From positions 12,280,440 to 12,344,439 of the forward strand of contig MU058781.1 of assembly GCA_013265495.1 (NCBI GenBank): a DNA stretch of 64,000 nucleotides, read 5' to 3'. The notes under the pieces were generated by a model. That model saw nothing but the letters and a program-made list of their open reading frames with translations. It did no database searches and was not told the origin of the DNA. This DNA is from Vicugna vicugna (lineage: Eukaryota). This document shows positions 1 through 13,800 of this stretch, one piece after another. The position numbers and the translations under genes are program-made. Position 1 is the stretch's first letter. Each line of letters opens with the position of its first letter.

Positions 1-1059
1 TTGAGAACTATGCTGGCTGTAGGTTTGTCATATATAGCTTTTATTATGTTGAGATATGTTCCCTCTATACCCACTTTGGCGAGAGTTTTTATCATAAATG
101 GGTGTTGAATTTTATCAAATGCTTTTTCTGCATCTATTGAGATGATCATGTGGTTTTTGTCCTTTCTCTTGATGTGATGTATTACACTGATTGATTTGCG
201 TATGTTGAACCACCCTGTGTCCCTGGGATGAACCTCACTTGGTCATGATGTATAATCTTTTTTGTGTGCTATTGGATTCTATTTGCTAATATTTTGGTGA
301 GGATCTTGGCATCTATGTTCATCAGTGATATTGGCCTATAATTCTCTTTTTTGGTAGTGTCTTTGCCTAGTTTTAGTATCAGGGTGATGGTGGCTTCATA
401 GAATGAGTTTGGGAGTATTCCCTCCTTTTCAATCTTCTGGAAGAGTTTGAGAAGGACTTCTTTGTATGTTTGGTAGAATTTCCTGTTGAAACTATCCAGT
501 CCTGGACTTTTATTTGTAGGGAGGTTTTTTTATTGCTAATTTGATTTCATTTCTAGTGATCAGTTTGTTCAAGTGGTCAGTATCTTCTTGGTTCAGTCTT
601 GATGGACTGTATGTTTCCAGAAATTTGTCCATCTCCTATAGGTTATCCATTTTGGTTCCATATAGTTTTTTGTAATATTCTCGTAATTTGGGAGTATTCC
701 CTCCTTTTCAATCTTCTGGAAGAGTTTGAGAAGGACTGGTATGATTTCTTCTTTGTATGTTTGGTAGAATTTCCTGTTGAAACTGTCCAGTCCTGGACTT
801 TTATTTGTAGGGAGGTTTTTTTATTGCTAATTTGATTTCATTTCTAGTGATCAGTTTGTTCAAGTGGTCAGTATCTTCTTGGTTCAGTCTTGATGGACTG
901 TATGTTTCCAGAAATTTGTCCATCTCCTATAGGTTATCCATTTTGGTTCCATATAGTTTTTTGTAATATTCTCGTATGATATTCTGTATTTCTGTGCTAT
1001 TTGTTGTAACTTCTCCATTTTTCTTTCTTATTTTGCTTATTTGTGCTCTTTTTTCTTCT
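1..1059 (-). mobile_element. 5'-truncated LINE-1 ORF2 fragment (same family as 59694-64000) with an internal tandem duplication
   Basis: Collinear with 61892-62680; the first ~134 nt are identical. Confidence 0.95.
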
Positions 1060-1504
1060 ATGTTTGAAAATTTTAACCAGTTTCAACCACAATTGTGTAC
1101 AGCCATTATCCATCTTCATTCTGTTGGACTTCCCCTAGAGGTGGGTGACGAAATGATGGAGGGAATTGTTTAATATTGCTAAGGCAAAGCTTATGTGGGA
1201 ATATATTTAATTTGGTCTAAAAATTAGGATACATTTATGTGGTTTGGGTCAATAATGGATATAGTTTAATTACTGCTAGCTAACCTGGTATAGTAACAGC
1301 TTCCTGGGATTATTCTATTATTCACAATGCCTACTCATGTGTGTAATGGAATATACAAGTAATGAAAAGGAGTGCCTCAAATGAACAAATTGGAAATGGT
1401 TTTAAATTTCTTGTTGGTTTGACACCAAATATTGACATTGCAATGATAATACAAAACTCATAACAATAAGTCCTTCATTGGGGTTCTCAGAAATAGTCGA
1501 GCTT

Positions 1505-2016
1505 TATTGAATATAGTTCCCTGTGTTACACAGTAGAAACTTGCAGTTTATCTATTTTATTTATAGTAGTTAGTATCTGCAAATCTTGAACTCCCAATTT
1601 ATGCCTTCCCACACACTTTCCCTCTGGTAACCATTAGTTTAATTTCTATGTCTGAGAGTCTGTTTCTGTTTTGTAAATAAGTTCATTTGGGTCTTTTTTT
1701 TTTTTAAGATTCCACATATAAGTAATATCATATGATGTTTTTCTTTCTCTTTCTGACTTACTTTACTTAGAATGATGATCTCCAAGTCCATCCAGGTTGC
1801 TGTAAATGATATAATTTTATTCATTTTTATGGCTGAGTAGTATTCCATTGTGTGTACATACCACAACTTCTTTCTCTAGTCATCTGTCAGTGAACATTTA
1901 GGCTGTTTCCATGTCTTGGCTATTGTAAATAGTGCTGCTGTGAACATTGAAGTGCATGTATTTTTTCGAATTAGAGTTCCCTCTGGATATATGCTTAGGA
2001 GTGGGATTGCTGGATC
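1505..2016 (-). mobile_element. Older LINE-1 3' fragment (ORF2 C-terminus + 3'UTR)
   Basis: Encodes [14 protein letters not shown]...LICGI; cetartiodactyl-type 3'UTR. Confidence 0.9.
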
Positions 2017-2994
2017 TATTTTTTGAATATCACCTGTAAACTTCTGATCTTAATAAAATAGTTCAGTAGTTTTACCATTAAAAGCTCACTCCCTGTAGCA
2101 TGTAAATTATACCTATTTAAAAATTCATGTTAAAATTACTATAAGAAAGATGTTGTACTAGAGGCCATGTATATGTCTGGTAATAAATTGCTTGCACACA
2201 AAAAGTCATGAGAAGAGAGAACAGAATATATAGATTGAAGCAAGGGAACAGAATATAAGCAAACATCCATCATAAGTCAGTATGTCTATGTTCAAGTGGA
2301 GAGGCCAGGCAGCTAAATTCTTTACAGAAGACACTGGTCATGTCTGGCTGAATGATCCAAATTAAAGAATGCAGAAATGATAAAGTGAGCACATATGAAG
2401 AGCAGAAGGGGAAGGCTCCCTTGCCCTGGATTAAAATAACCCTAAGACCTAGTTTCTGAGAAGACACCTCCTTTATGAGTTTGAGCCAGACCCTGATGGC
2501 TGACCTACCCTTATATGGCCTCCCTCCTTTCTGATTCTAAACTTTGATGGTGAAACAGCAACTAATGAAATGTGTGTGGCCAGAAGGGCCAGCTGGCTGA
2601 CGGGGCAACCCCTGAGCTAATGAGGACCAGCAGGGGAAATTTATAACTCATGATAAATGGCCTTTGATACCGACCCAGCAGGATAAAACAATGAAGGGCT
2701 CAGGGCAACATCAACCATGTCTTTGAAGAACAACAGAAATATCAGTCTTGAGTAACATTTATATTAATTTATACAATGGAATTTGGGCTTCTGTAAAAGT
2801 CTAGTCCCTATTGCAAATAGCATTTGAGGAAGCCATTTAACCTTCTGGCCCTTCAGTCTCTTCCCTGTGAGGAAATGGACATAGTATTTCTTAATCCACA
2901 AGGTTGTAAAGGTTTAATAAAAGAATACATATAGTTTTTTCTTTGATACCTAGTAGGTATGCCTGATCCAAGTCAAATATACTTTTAGGGGCAG

Positions 2995-3105
2995 TTTAGG
3001 TTAGAGGTTACAGGCACACACTCTTGAGTCAGACTGCCTAAGAGTGAATCTCAGCTCTGTTGTTCACTGCTGTGACCCAGGACAAGCTACTTAGCAGTTC
3101 TGTCA
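2995..3105 (+). mobile_element. MIR SINE fragment
   Basis: gagtcagactgcc...gaatctcagctctg...tgtgacc MIR core. Confidence 0.6.
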
Positions 3106-3244
3106 CTCTTAGTAAATGTCTACACTGCTATGACTCAAGAAAAATCAGTCCCTTTTTCTTGAAAAAGATCTCTGTCAGACAGATTGCTGCAAATACTGGC
3201 TTGTTCTAGAGACCAGCACACACCCACTTGTACCATTGTCTTCA

Positions 3245-3510
3245 CACCCCCTCCTCTGGTTCAGTTAATTTGCTAGAGTTGCTTAGAGAACTCGGGAAAC
3301 CAATTTACCTACTAGATTTTCAGTTTGTTACAAAGGACATTAAAAGTTACAAAGGAACATCCAGATGAAAAGATACATACAGTGAGGTCCAGAAGTGTCC
3401 CAAATGCAAGCCCCATGGACTTCGGGGCTCAGCACATGGACATGTTCTGGTTCAACAGCTGGAAGCTCTGTGAACCCCTATTATTTTGAGTTGTTATGGA
3501 GGTTTCATTA
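3245..3510 (-). mobile_element. MER21-like LTR fragment
   Basis: Collinear similarity to 7630-7890 (ccagatgaa.agatacata..gtgaggtc..gaagtgtcc). Confidence 0.7.
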
Positions 3511-4384
3511 CCTTCTGTATCCTTGCCCTAATTTTTTACTCAGAACTAGTATCCATCCCATCACCTCTATACAAAATAATTTGATGGCGATAATCTCTGT
3601 TCTACACAGTAGAGATAACCCTGGGGAACAACCTAGAACATAGTTCTGGCCCCTCTGAACATGCCATGACCCACTGACACCTATAAATTATAATTTAAAG
3701 AAATACTGATCTGTTTCAAGTTTTAAGCTTTATATATGATTTAACTACTGAAATTAGTTGGTTCAGAAAGAGAAACATAGAAGACTCACACCAGGTACTC
3801 CGAGGACAGTGTTAAGTGAGGCAATTTATACAGGATTGGGATGGTGGTAAGGAAACCACAAGATATTTTGGAGAATCCCAGAGCTTGCAATATAAAAGCC
3901 AAAAAAAGGTCTGAAAAAAGGGAAGAGAGAAGTTACCAGAATGTGTGGAGAGAGAGGGCTGTCTCTTAGGACCTGTGAAATGTAGTGGGAGGATCAGCCA
4001 CCAGCATTCCCCACAGGGAGGATCCTTAGAGATAAACACTCCTTATCCTCATTATCCCACCTCCACTGAAAACCCAGCAGAAACCAGTGGACAGGAAAAG
4101 GTGAGATGCAAACCACGTAGGTCAGCTTCCAGGGGCCTGGGCAGGACAGAGGAGAGTGGAGCACACAAAGGGAGGAACACATGGACAACATCCAGCCCAG
4201 CAAATATAAACTAATATTCATTTTTGCAAATAGGAGGAATCATTGCTCTAGTGAGATTACGATCCTTGATTAAGAATTTCAAAACATTGTTTCCTGTTTC
4301 AAGATTCAGAAACTGTGAATCTAGCCTATTAGGTCCTATACAGCAGCTCCTCTGAATCCATTGTTAATTCTACTGAAGATGACA

Positions 4385-4586
4385 ACTTCATTCTTGGCTA
4401 CCATTTTATTTGAATTTCCATTCATCTTGTATTTTCCTCAGAAAGAAATTTGAGTAAATAAAGAACTGATCTCAGATTTGAAAAGAGTTACAGCAAAGAA
4501 AATTTTTTCTGTTGGTATTTTCATCACTGAAGCCTTCTTATCCATGAAATAAGGTGCCTAATGATTTTCCATCCAAGGTGGAATAA
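4385..4586 (-). other. SLC17A3: SLC17A3 terminal 3'UTR exon (after an 82-nt 3'UTR intron, 4587-4668) with AATAAA at 4405-4410; 3' end approximate
   Basis: Donor AG|gtaagg 2 nt after the stop; polypyrimidine tract tttttctttcttag ending at 4587; AATAAA on the minus strand. Confidence 0.7.
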
Positions 4587-4670
4587 CTAAGAAAGAAAAA
4601 TGACATAGAATTAAAAATTTAAACAGTTCTTCTCTGGTTATAACCATAGATGAAATTACTACCCTTACCT

Positions 4671-4805
4671 TCATAAACGAGTGAGTTTCCTTTCTTTAGC
4701 CCAATCTTGGACATCTGCTTCTCCAAATATAAGGTAGAAGATCAGTCCTAAAGCATTAATGGCAAATGACAAAGAGAAGGTATTTCTCCACCCTAATTCA
4801 GGGTC
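4671..4805 (-). CDS. SLC17A3: SLC17A3 last coding exon (135 nt incl. TGA); C-terminal class I PDZ motif TRL
   Basis: ctccag| [44 protein letters not shown]. Confidence 0.95.
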   Translation of the reverse strand, partial: DPELGWRNTFSLSFAINALGLIFYLIFGEADVQDWAKERKLTRL

Positions 4806-7800
4806 CTGGAGAGACAAAATTTCAAGTAAATATTACCCCTTTCATCCTTTTTTTTCTGTGAAACTCTTATTATTTGTTTAGAAGACAATGTTCACTAGTG
4901 GGTTTTTGTGTAGAAATTTATTTTCTGAACACAGCTTAATAATTGGATAGAAAAAAGAACTTCGAAATGGATTCAGAGTATTCTCAATAAAATGGACTTA
5001 GAGACCTTTACAATTAACCTCCAGAATTGCATTTGTCACTATTTATCAAAGTACCATAAATTTTCTCCTTTGCACAAATCATGACAACATAAATATGCTA
5101 CTAATATTTCTTCTTGCAATGCAAGAAGAATCTTGCAAGAAGATTGCAGGCTTTGGAGTTAGACAGGTCTAAATTATAAGAATTCTGATTCTACATCCTT
5201 TTAGTGGAAAGACATATTCTAATAGATATTAATTATCAGCAAATGAGGATAATGTTCCATTTTCATACCTGGTATGAGAATCAATAATTAAATGAGACTA
5301 CTGCATATGAAATACCTATAATGGCTACATGGATCAGACACTTAAACATATTCGCTTTCATTATCTCTTTGCTTTTGGATGGTTATTCAACTGAAAATTT
5401 CAAAGTGTTGCAGAAGACATAGCAAGTTGCCTCTATGCATGGATTCATCATTTTCTCACATGATATCTATGTGGCTGTGTGATTTCAAAGATTGGATATT
5501 ACCAGTGGATCACTAGTCAGTGCTTTAGTTCCAGAATGAGTAAAGATCAATGTCATGAAAGAAATTCTTCTATATTTTTCTTTGCCAAGTTGACCTTCAT
5601 GACAAAATAACCCATGATTTAATTTTATTATCCAAAATGTGGAAACATTTTTTATGCTAATACCTTTAGGAATGGACTCAGCAGAGGGTTTTAAGAGTCC
5701 TTGACAAGCAAACTTTACCTGACTGAGGAGAAATCCACTAACAGTGGGTGCCAGGATAGCGGCTATCTGTGCAAATCCCCTCGAGACTCCCATGAGAAAA
5801 CTGGAATGCCTGTGGGTGACAGGAATATTCCAGGCTAGATCCACAGATACTTTGCAGTATCCTTTAGTCCTGCTCTGCGTATGAATCCATCATACAGTAA
5901 TTATGTCAAAAAGGACCTGAGCTGTGTGTGTTCACTGAGAGACACTAAGACAAGTCAATAATAGCCCTCCCCCTTCCACATACCTGAAAAAAATGGCCAC
6001 AGGCTACCAGTGGTCCTTGCCCATGATTTATTATTTCACAAAATTTGGGGGCTCCTGGAAAGCTGCAGGCTAAATCTTTTTCAGAAAATGCGAAAAAGAG
6101 AGTGGAGGTTACTGTCCTACCTTGGAGCAAGATCTAAGATGTTGATGTAGATCCCGGACTGACATAGTGGGCTTAGTCCACAGGCGAGCGTCAGAAGGCC
6201 CACTGTGATGATGTAACTGGAGGTGACGTAGGGCAGAATCACAAGGGCTGCTGAAGAGGGGAGAGTTCCTAGGGAATGAGGAATAGACAAATTAAACAAG
6301 ATACATCTTTGGCTCCGGTATGCCTTGTGAATTATCAGACCCTTGGGCCCTGTTCTTACCTAGAACTGTGGCAATTTTCCTCACTGTTACAAGCCTGAAA
6401 TTCTTGGTCAGAAGGAAATCTGCCAGTTGGCCTCCAAGGATACCAACAACCCAGGCGATGATAAAAGGAAGGGCAGACAGGAACCCACTCTGAGGGGGAA
6501 AAAATGAGTAAACCACCATAAATAAAGGCTGTGAGACCACACCTTGTATTGAAAAGTCACTAATAATCATACTGACAATTCTGAAATCATGCTTTCATAG
6601 GAGCATCAGTAGTCTCTTCCATCATACCCCCAGGAAAACTACTCCCATGACTGTTAGATGTTAGAGTGTTTCTTGGTTAAAAAAGATAAAATTTTCTAGA
6701 TAGAATGATTTGTGAAGGCAGAGTAATTTCCTGCAAACAGGAAAAAGGGTTGGAGGGAAATGTACTCACATCTCTGATACTAATATTGAACACAGAGCTG
6801 ATGTAAGTTGGTGTATATATAACCATTATGTTAATTAACCATTGATGGCTGAAACAGCAAAACCCCATGGACCAGAGGGGTAGAGATCTGACCACAGCTT
6901 TGATGGGAAGAGGCTGCCTCGAAGAGCTGACCTGAAAACAAATTTACTGATCAGAATAGTGAGATCGGAGACATGCTCACACATTTTCAGTCACCCTGAT
7001 AAATCCAGATGCTGACACAGATCTCTGGAGAAGGTTGGAGTTTTTACGTGTACCTGTTGGGCCAAGGAGGACATGATGTATTCTTTTTCTGTAGTGTTTA
7101 TCCATGGATGAGTGACAGGGTCATCATAAACCAAAACAAACCAGAGAAGGCAGAAGACACAGCCAACACCTCCTGTAAGCAGAGGGCAAAATTGGTAAAC
7201 TTCTGTGTGAATTTCTTTTACATTGGGACATTGTCTTTTATGGGTCCTGGGAAAGGCTCTTGCTCATATCCCCTTTCCATTTCTCAGAAAAGTCACATGA
7301 ATATCACAGCTTTCTAGAGTCCATTCCTTTACATTTCTTGATTATTTGTGTATGTGGAAATCACAGACCCTAGGAATGGCACTCAACTTGGTATCTCAAC
7401 CTTTTTAATATTAGTAAAGGGAAACTATTTTTCTCCTTGCAACACTTCTGACACCAAATGTGTGGGGTTTTCACACTAAGAAATTCTCTAATTCCCTGTA
7501 GACACCAACCTGGTGTCCTACAATTTAGCTCAATTCTAACACTAACTATCTGACATTAGCACAGACCCTACAGAGTAAGGGCTCAGACACACAGACTGCC
7601 TCCTTACTTACTACAAAGAGATTCCCACTACTCCTCTCATTTTGATAATTCGCTGGCACAGCTCACAAAGCTCAGGGAAATATTTTTTTGTGCTTATTGG
7701 TTTATTATAAAGGACACAGATGAACAGCCAGATGAAGAGATACATAGGGTGAGGTCTGGAAGTGTCCTAAGTGCAGGAACTTCTGACCCTGTGGAATTGG

Positions 7801-10800
7801 GGTGTGCTATCCTCCCAGCACGTGGTTGTGTTCACCAACCTGGGATCTCTCAGAACCCCATCGTTTAGGGATTTGTTATGGAGGCTACATCATCTAGGCA
7901 TAATTGATTATTAACACAATCTGAAGCACCCTCTCCTCCTGGGAGGATGGAGGGTGGGGCTAAAAATTCCAAGCTTCTATTGGCTTGGTCTTTCTGCTGA
8001 CCTCCATCCTGAAGCTATCCAGGGGGCCACCAAGAGTCACCTCATTAAACAAAAGATGGTGCTATAACTCAGGAAATTCCAAGGGATTGTGAACTCTGCT
8101 TGGATGCTCCTGTCATCCCCACCACTCAGGAAATTATAAGGGTTTTAGGACTTCTATGTCAGGAACTCATGGCAGAAATATGTATATGTGTGTATGTGTG
8201 TGTGTGTGTGTGTGTAGATAATTCTTATTATGTCACAGTTAGCCATTTTAATAGGTATGCAGAGGTATTTTGTTGTTTCTATCTGCATTTCCCTAATGAC
8301 TAAGGATGTTAAGTTGCCCACCTTTTTATGTTTATCTTCCCTCTCTATATATTCTTTAGTGAGGTGTCTTTGCCCATTTTTTAAATTGGGTTTTTGTTTT
8401 GTTATCGAGTTTTGAGAATTATTTACACATTCTGGATAAAAATCCTTATTATATATTCATTTTGCAAATATTTTCTCCCTGTCTCAACTTGTCTCTTTAC
8501 TATCCTAATAATGCCTTTTGAAGAGCAAACGTTTTTAACTTCAATGAAATCCAATCTACCAATCTGTAGTTTTATGGATCAAGCCTTTGGTGTCATATCT
8601 AAGAAATCTTTGCCTAACTAAAGAACAAAGATTCTCTCATATGTTTTCTTCTAAAAGAATAATAATTCAGATCTTACAATTAGGTCCAAGTTTCATTTTG
8701 AGTTTCTGTATAGAATGCAAGATATGAATAAAAAAAAATTTCGCACACCATCTGTTAAAAAGACTACCCTTTCTCCATTGAATTGTTATGGCATCTTTGT
8801 CAAAAATCAGTTTACCTATGTGTGAGTCTATGTATAACTGTTTTGCTGATCTATTTGTCTATCTTTATGGCAATACCACAATGTCTAGATTACTATAATT
8901 TTATAATACACCTTGACATCAAGCAGTGTTAATCTTCTAACTTTGGAAAAGTGGCTATTCTAGGATCTTCTTATTATTATGAAAATTTAGTTTTCAGTGA
9001 GTAAGTCTTTCACATCTTTTGTCAGATTTAGTGCAGTTACATGTTTTTTAATACTATTGAAAATGGTACTGTTTGCTTTCATTTAAATTTCTGATTCTTT
9101 TAAACTTTATATGTCTAAAAATGTCCTTACTTGCCTTTGTTTTTGAAAATATTTTTCTTTGGCTCTATAATTCTATGTTAACTTTTTTTTTCTTTTTTCT
9201 TGCAGTATTTGAAGGATGTTGTTCCACTGCCTTCTTGCTTGCAATGCTTCTGATGGGAAAGCTGCAGTCATCATTATCTTTGCTCCTCTGTATATAATAT
9301 GTTTTAACTTAGGCTGTTTTTAAGATTTTATCTTTATCACTGATTTTGAGCCATTCGATTATAGTATAACTTGGTATAGTTTTTTTCATGTTTCTCGTGT
9401 TTGAGATTCATTGATCTTTTTGGATCTGTGAGTTTGTAGTTTTCATCAAATTTGGAAAACCTTCAGCCATTATTTCTTCCAAGATTCCTTTCTGTTCTCC
9501 CATCCCACTCCTTTCCTTTGGGCACTAAACACCTTACTGATGTTCTCTTTTTACTATTATTTTTCTCTGTTTTTTTTCTGGATGATTTCTATTATTGCTT
9601 TTAAGTTCATTAATTTTTTCTTTTGATGTACCAACTGTCATTAATTCAATCCTTATATTGTAGTTTTATCTCTAGAAGTTTGATTTAGGGTCTTTAAAAA
9701 TATATATTTTGCACATCTCTACTTAACTTTTGGACAAACAAGAGTTAAGTTATAATATAGTTATAATAAGTATTCTTGTCTGCTGATTCTAACATTTGTG
9801 TCATTCTGGGTTGGTTTTGATTGATTGGTTATTCTTATTACTATGGATTGTGTTTTTCTGCCTTTGTCCATGTCTGGCAACCTTTGTTTGGAGCCAGACA
9901 TGAATTATACCTTCTTGGGTGCTGAATAGTTTTGTATTCCTATAAATACTTTTGAGCTTTGTTTTGGGATACAGTTAAATTACATGGAAACACTTTGTTC
10001 CTTTTAGGTCTGGCCATTATCATTTGTCAGAGGGATCCACAATACCGCTTCTCCTAGAGCTAATCATGTCTCACTACTGAGGAAAGGCATTAATGAATAT
10101 TCTGCCCAGTGACTCAAGAATTATAAATTTTTCCAGTCTGTCTTGTGGGAATAGGCTCTACCCCTGATTCTCTATAAGTCCTGGACACTGTTCTTTAATC
10201 TTTTCCAATGACTTTCCCCACCTGGCCTCAGATGATGTCTTTACACACATACCCTGATCAGTGCTCTGCTGATCAAGGGGGAACTCTGCAGATAACCAGG
10301 GTTTTCTCTGTGTGCAGTTGTCTCCTGTTAAGTATCCTTCCTTTGAACTCTACCTGCCTTACTCTTTCGGGGCTCTTAGCTCTGTCTCCTCAACTCTGTT
10401 TCTTCCATCTCTCACTAACTGCTGCTCTGCAAGTCTGTCCTCTACTCCCTGCTGAGGCAGCAGATTTTGCCCCATCACTTTGTGTTAATAATACACCATG
10501 GTAGGTTAACAGCATAATGGGCAGGAGGACTTCCAAATTCTGTGATGGTATAGATTAATTGTTCTCTACTATTATATTAAGACATTTTGTTTTTCTAGGA
10601 TCCTTCTGTCTTGACTCATTTCCTCCAGAAAAGTACACACAAGTAGAAACTCAGAAGAATCTCCCTGAATATGAAAACCTGGGAATGGGGACACAGCAGC
10701 TTACCAAAGACATAGAAGACAAAAGGCCACCCGAGGGTTTGACTGATGAGGCCGCCCAGGAGGATGGCAATGAAACTTCCCAGCAGAATTCCTGCAAAGA

Positions 10801-13800
10801 GAGAGTAAGCTGTGGACTGCCACGTGGTAGTACATATTACAGAGCAGTATCATCATCAAGAGATGGACATATTGGGAGATGTGAACTTCAAATTTATGAC
10901 TGAGTTCAAATGTTCTCCTGAGGGCTCATTTTCCTGGCAGTTCCCTAGTAACATCACAGATGACAATCATGCTTCCTTTCATACTACTTTAATTTTTAAT
11001 TACACAATTCATATAACATATGCTTATCATAAATTACCGCAAAGAACCAAAGTTCCCCTCACATGCCCCCACCCAGTCCATTCCCACCCTTCTCTCTAAT
11101 GCTAACCATTAGCAGTAAGGTTTATATGATATATAATTGCACACCCTTTCACCTCTGCAGACATATATAACATATATCTGTACAAACATGTATCTCTTTG
11201 TAAATGCATTTATGCAATATGTAGACAGAAAACTAGATACATTTGTCTATTAGATTTGTCTATTAATGTTCTAATAACAGTTGTCATTTCCATGGTTCTA
11301 TAGAGTATTCTCATATATATGGGATGTGGGGCACATTTCCTTTTTACAACTTTTTCAAAACTGGGTTATTATGTTTTTTACTTTCCAGCTGAACATTAGT
11401 ATCAACCAACCTGTCAAATTTTGCATATATGTATGTGAGTTTATTATTCATTTTAAATAAACAAGACCATAATATACCTTTTGTCCTGTGTCATTTACAT
11501 TTTATTTAACAGTTGGTCTTGTAAATATTTCCATGTCACTGTATATACTACCTATACATTGTTTTTTGTTGTTGTTATTTCTGACCATAAACTTAATTAT
11601 CACTTCTGAATATAAACATAATTTTTGTCTGTACACTAAAATATCAGAAGTAGACTTGCCAAATCAATGACTATGCATTTTTTTCTTTTTAAAACATTTT
11701 TATTTGAAGTGTAGTTGATTCACAATATTAGTTTCAGATGTACAGCCAAGTGATTCAGTTATACATATACATACATATATATTTTCTTTTCAGATTCTTG
11801 CCCATTGTACATTATTACAAGAAATTGAATATAATTCCCTGTGCTATACATTAGGTCTTTGTTGTTTACCTATTTTATATACAGTAATGTGTAAATACTG
11901 TGCATTTTTTATTTTGACAGATACTGCCAAAGCATCCTGCTAAAAGGCCATACCAAATTAAACTGCCAACAAAGATTGCTTTTTCCTCATTTCTTCATAA
12001 CACTGGACATCCTCAAAGCTTCTAAATACAGTTTTCTAAATATAAATGCAAAAGAGTATATCGTTATTTTCTTTCTATAGTAAAGTTGAATTTTTTTGTG
12101 TTTGTAATTTTTATTTCCTCTGTGAACTGTCTATAATCTTTTTGTTTGTTTCTTTCACTTGTTTAACTTTTCCTTAATTTATAGAACCTTTGTATATTTT
12201 GAATAATAATCCTCTATCTGGCATGCTGGCTGCAGTTCTATTCTCCCGCCCTTAACTTTTGGTGTATGGTGTGTTTTGTAATCCAGCAGTTGTAAGTTTT
12301 CATGCTGTCAGATCCATGAGTTTTTTCTGTAATAATTTCTAGATATATATACTCCTTTGCCTAAAAGAGCTTTCCCAATCTACAGTTTAATAAGAAATAA
12401 TTTATGTTTTCCTTCTTGTTTAACCATGGCCTTTATTGAAGCATCTTACCTGTGTTGTCTCATTTGAGTACCAGTATTTGAGTACCAAAAAAAATCCAAA
12501 TTTACAATTGAGGAAATAGAAACATGGAAAAGTTAATGAGCCCAAGTTCACACAGCTAATAACAGGGAAAGGCATTTGAAATGAGGCTCCTTGACTCCAG
12601 GACACAAATCAGTGAAGACGGAAATCAGTACCTCTTTCCACCACTGAGACCACCAAATCTGCATCTGTTTCTCTGAACTCTGCCTTTACTCCAATTATAA
12701 TGGGGGACAGGTTCCTGCATTCATCCAACATCAAGTCCCCTCTTGTCCTCTGGACCACATCTCTAGTGTGAACTCTCACTTCTGCATCCTCCCTTATTTC
12801 CTCAACCCTGTGATCTTCCCCATTCACACGTAAATCTAGCTTCATATAGCCTATATTCAAAACAAAGCACAACACAACACAACAAAACAAAACTCCCCCC
12901 CTCTTCCAAACTCCATCCACGCGTTTTGTCATTTCTTTGCTTATCTTCAGGACAAAACTTCTCAAACAGCCGTACTTACTGCTTCTACTTCCTTCCCTTC
13001 CATTCTTGCCTTAGCCAACTCCAAACACCCCCACCCCCTGCCATGGCTCTTCTCAAGGCCTTTAATGACCTCCAGCTTGTCAAACCCATGGCCACTTGTT
13101 CAGCCCTAGCAGGTGGTGTAGCTGACCTTCCATCTCTGATTGAATGTTGTCTAATGGCCTTGGAGGAAGCTTCTGCTGGCCTGTCCTCTGCTCTTGGAGG
13201 GCCGCAGGGCCATTTTCTTGGTTTTCCTCTCTTTTTCCTCAATGTTCTTTCTCTGGGTGTTCAGACCCATATACTGAGAAATTTCAGGATGTCTTGTTAT
13301 CTTTCATATTCCTCCTGAATTCCAGACTACAGTATCTACTCAGATGCCTTGTAGTTCATAGCTAAACTTGATTTATGCACATTGTAAATCACTTAATCCT
13401 CAAACATGTTGATCTGTGTGTGTGAGAGCTGATACATATATGTATATGTATACCTAAAGCGTATGCTGTTTTCTTTTTAATTTTTTGAACTTTATAAAAA
13501 TGATATCTTCCTGGATGTTCTCTTCTAAGATATTGTAATATGTGCTTGCTACATTATTTGGGAATATTTATTTCTGCTATAGAAGATGAATAAATTCATC
13601 TTATAAGACATAGGCAAATATCATAAGATATGTTAGGTATGAACAATGATTAAGTCATCAGCAATGAGACAAAGAGACAGGATTTATAAACTATGTTAAA
13701 TAAAGGTAAGTAATTTACCAAGAATAACCCACTTCAAGTCATTAAATGCAGAGTTGGGAAAAGATGTGAACAATCAGATTTTGCCAGCTCCAGAATTTCA

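Noticed and set aside
1060..1504. NUMT interpretation of the unexplained segment
   Set aside because: Translation under the mitochondrial code gave no recognisable protein, and no rRNA/tRNA motif was seen.
12609..13365. Cluster of overlapping 73-130 aa ORFs
   Set aside because: They lie within a decayed L2 fragment in an intron and have no supporting splice structure.
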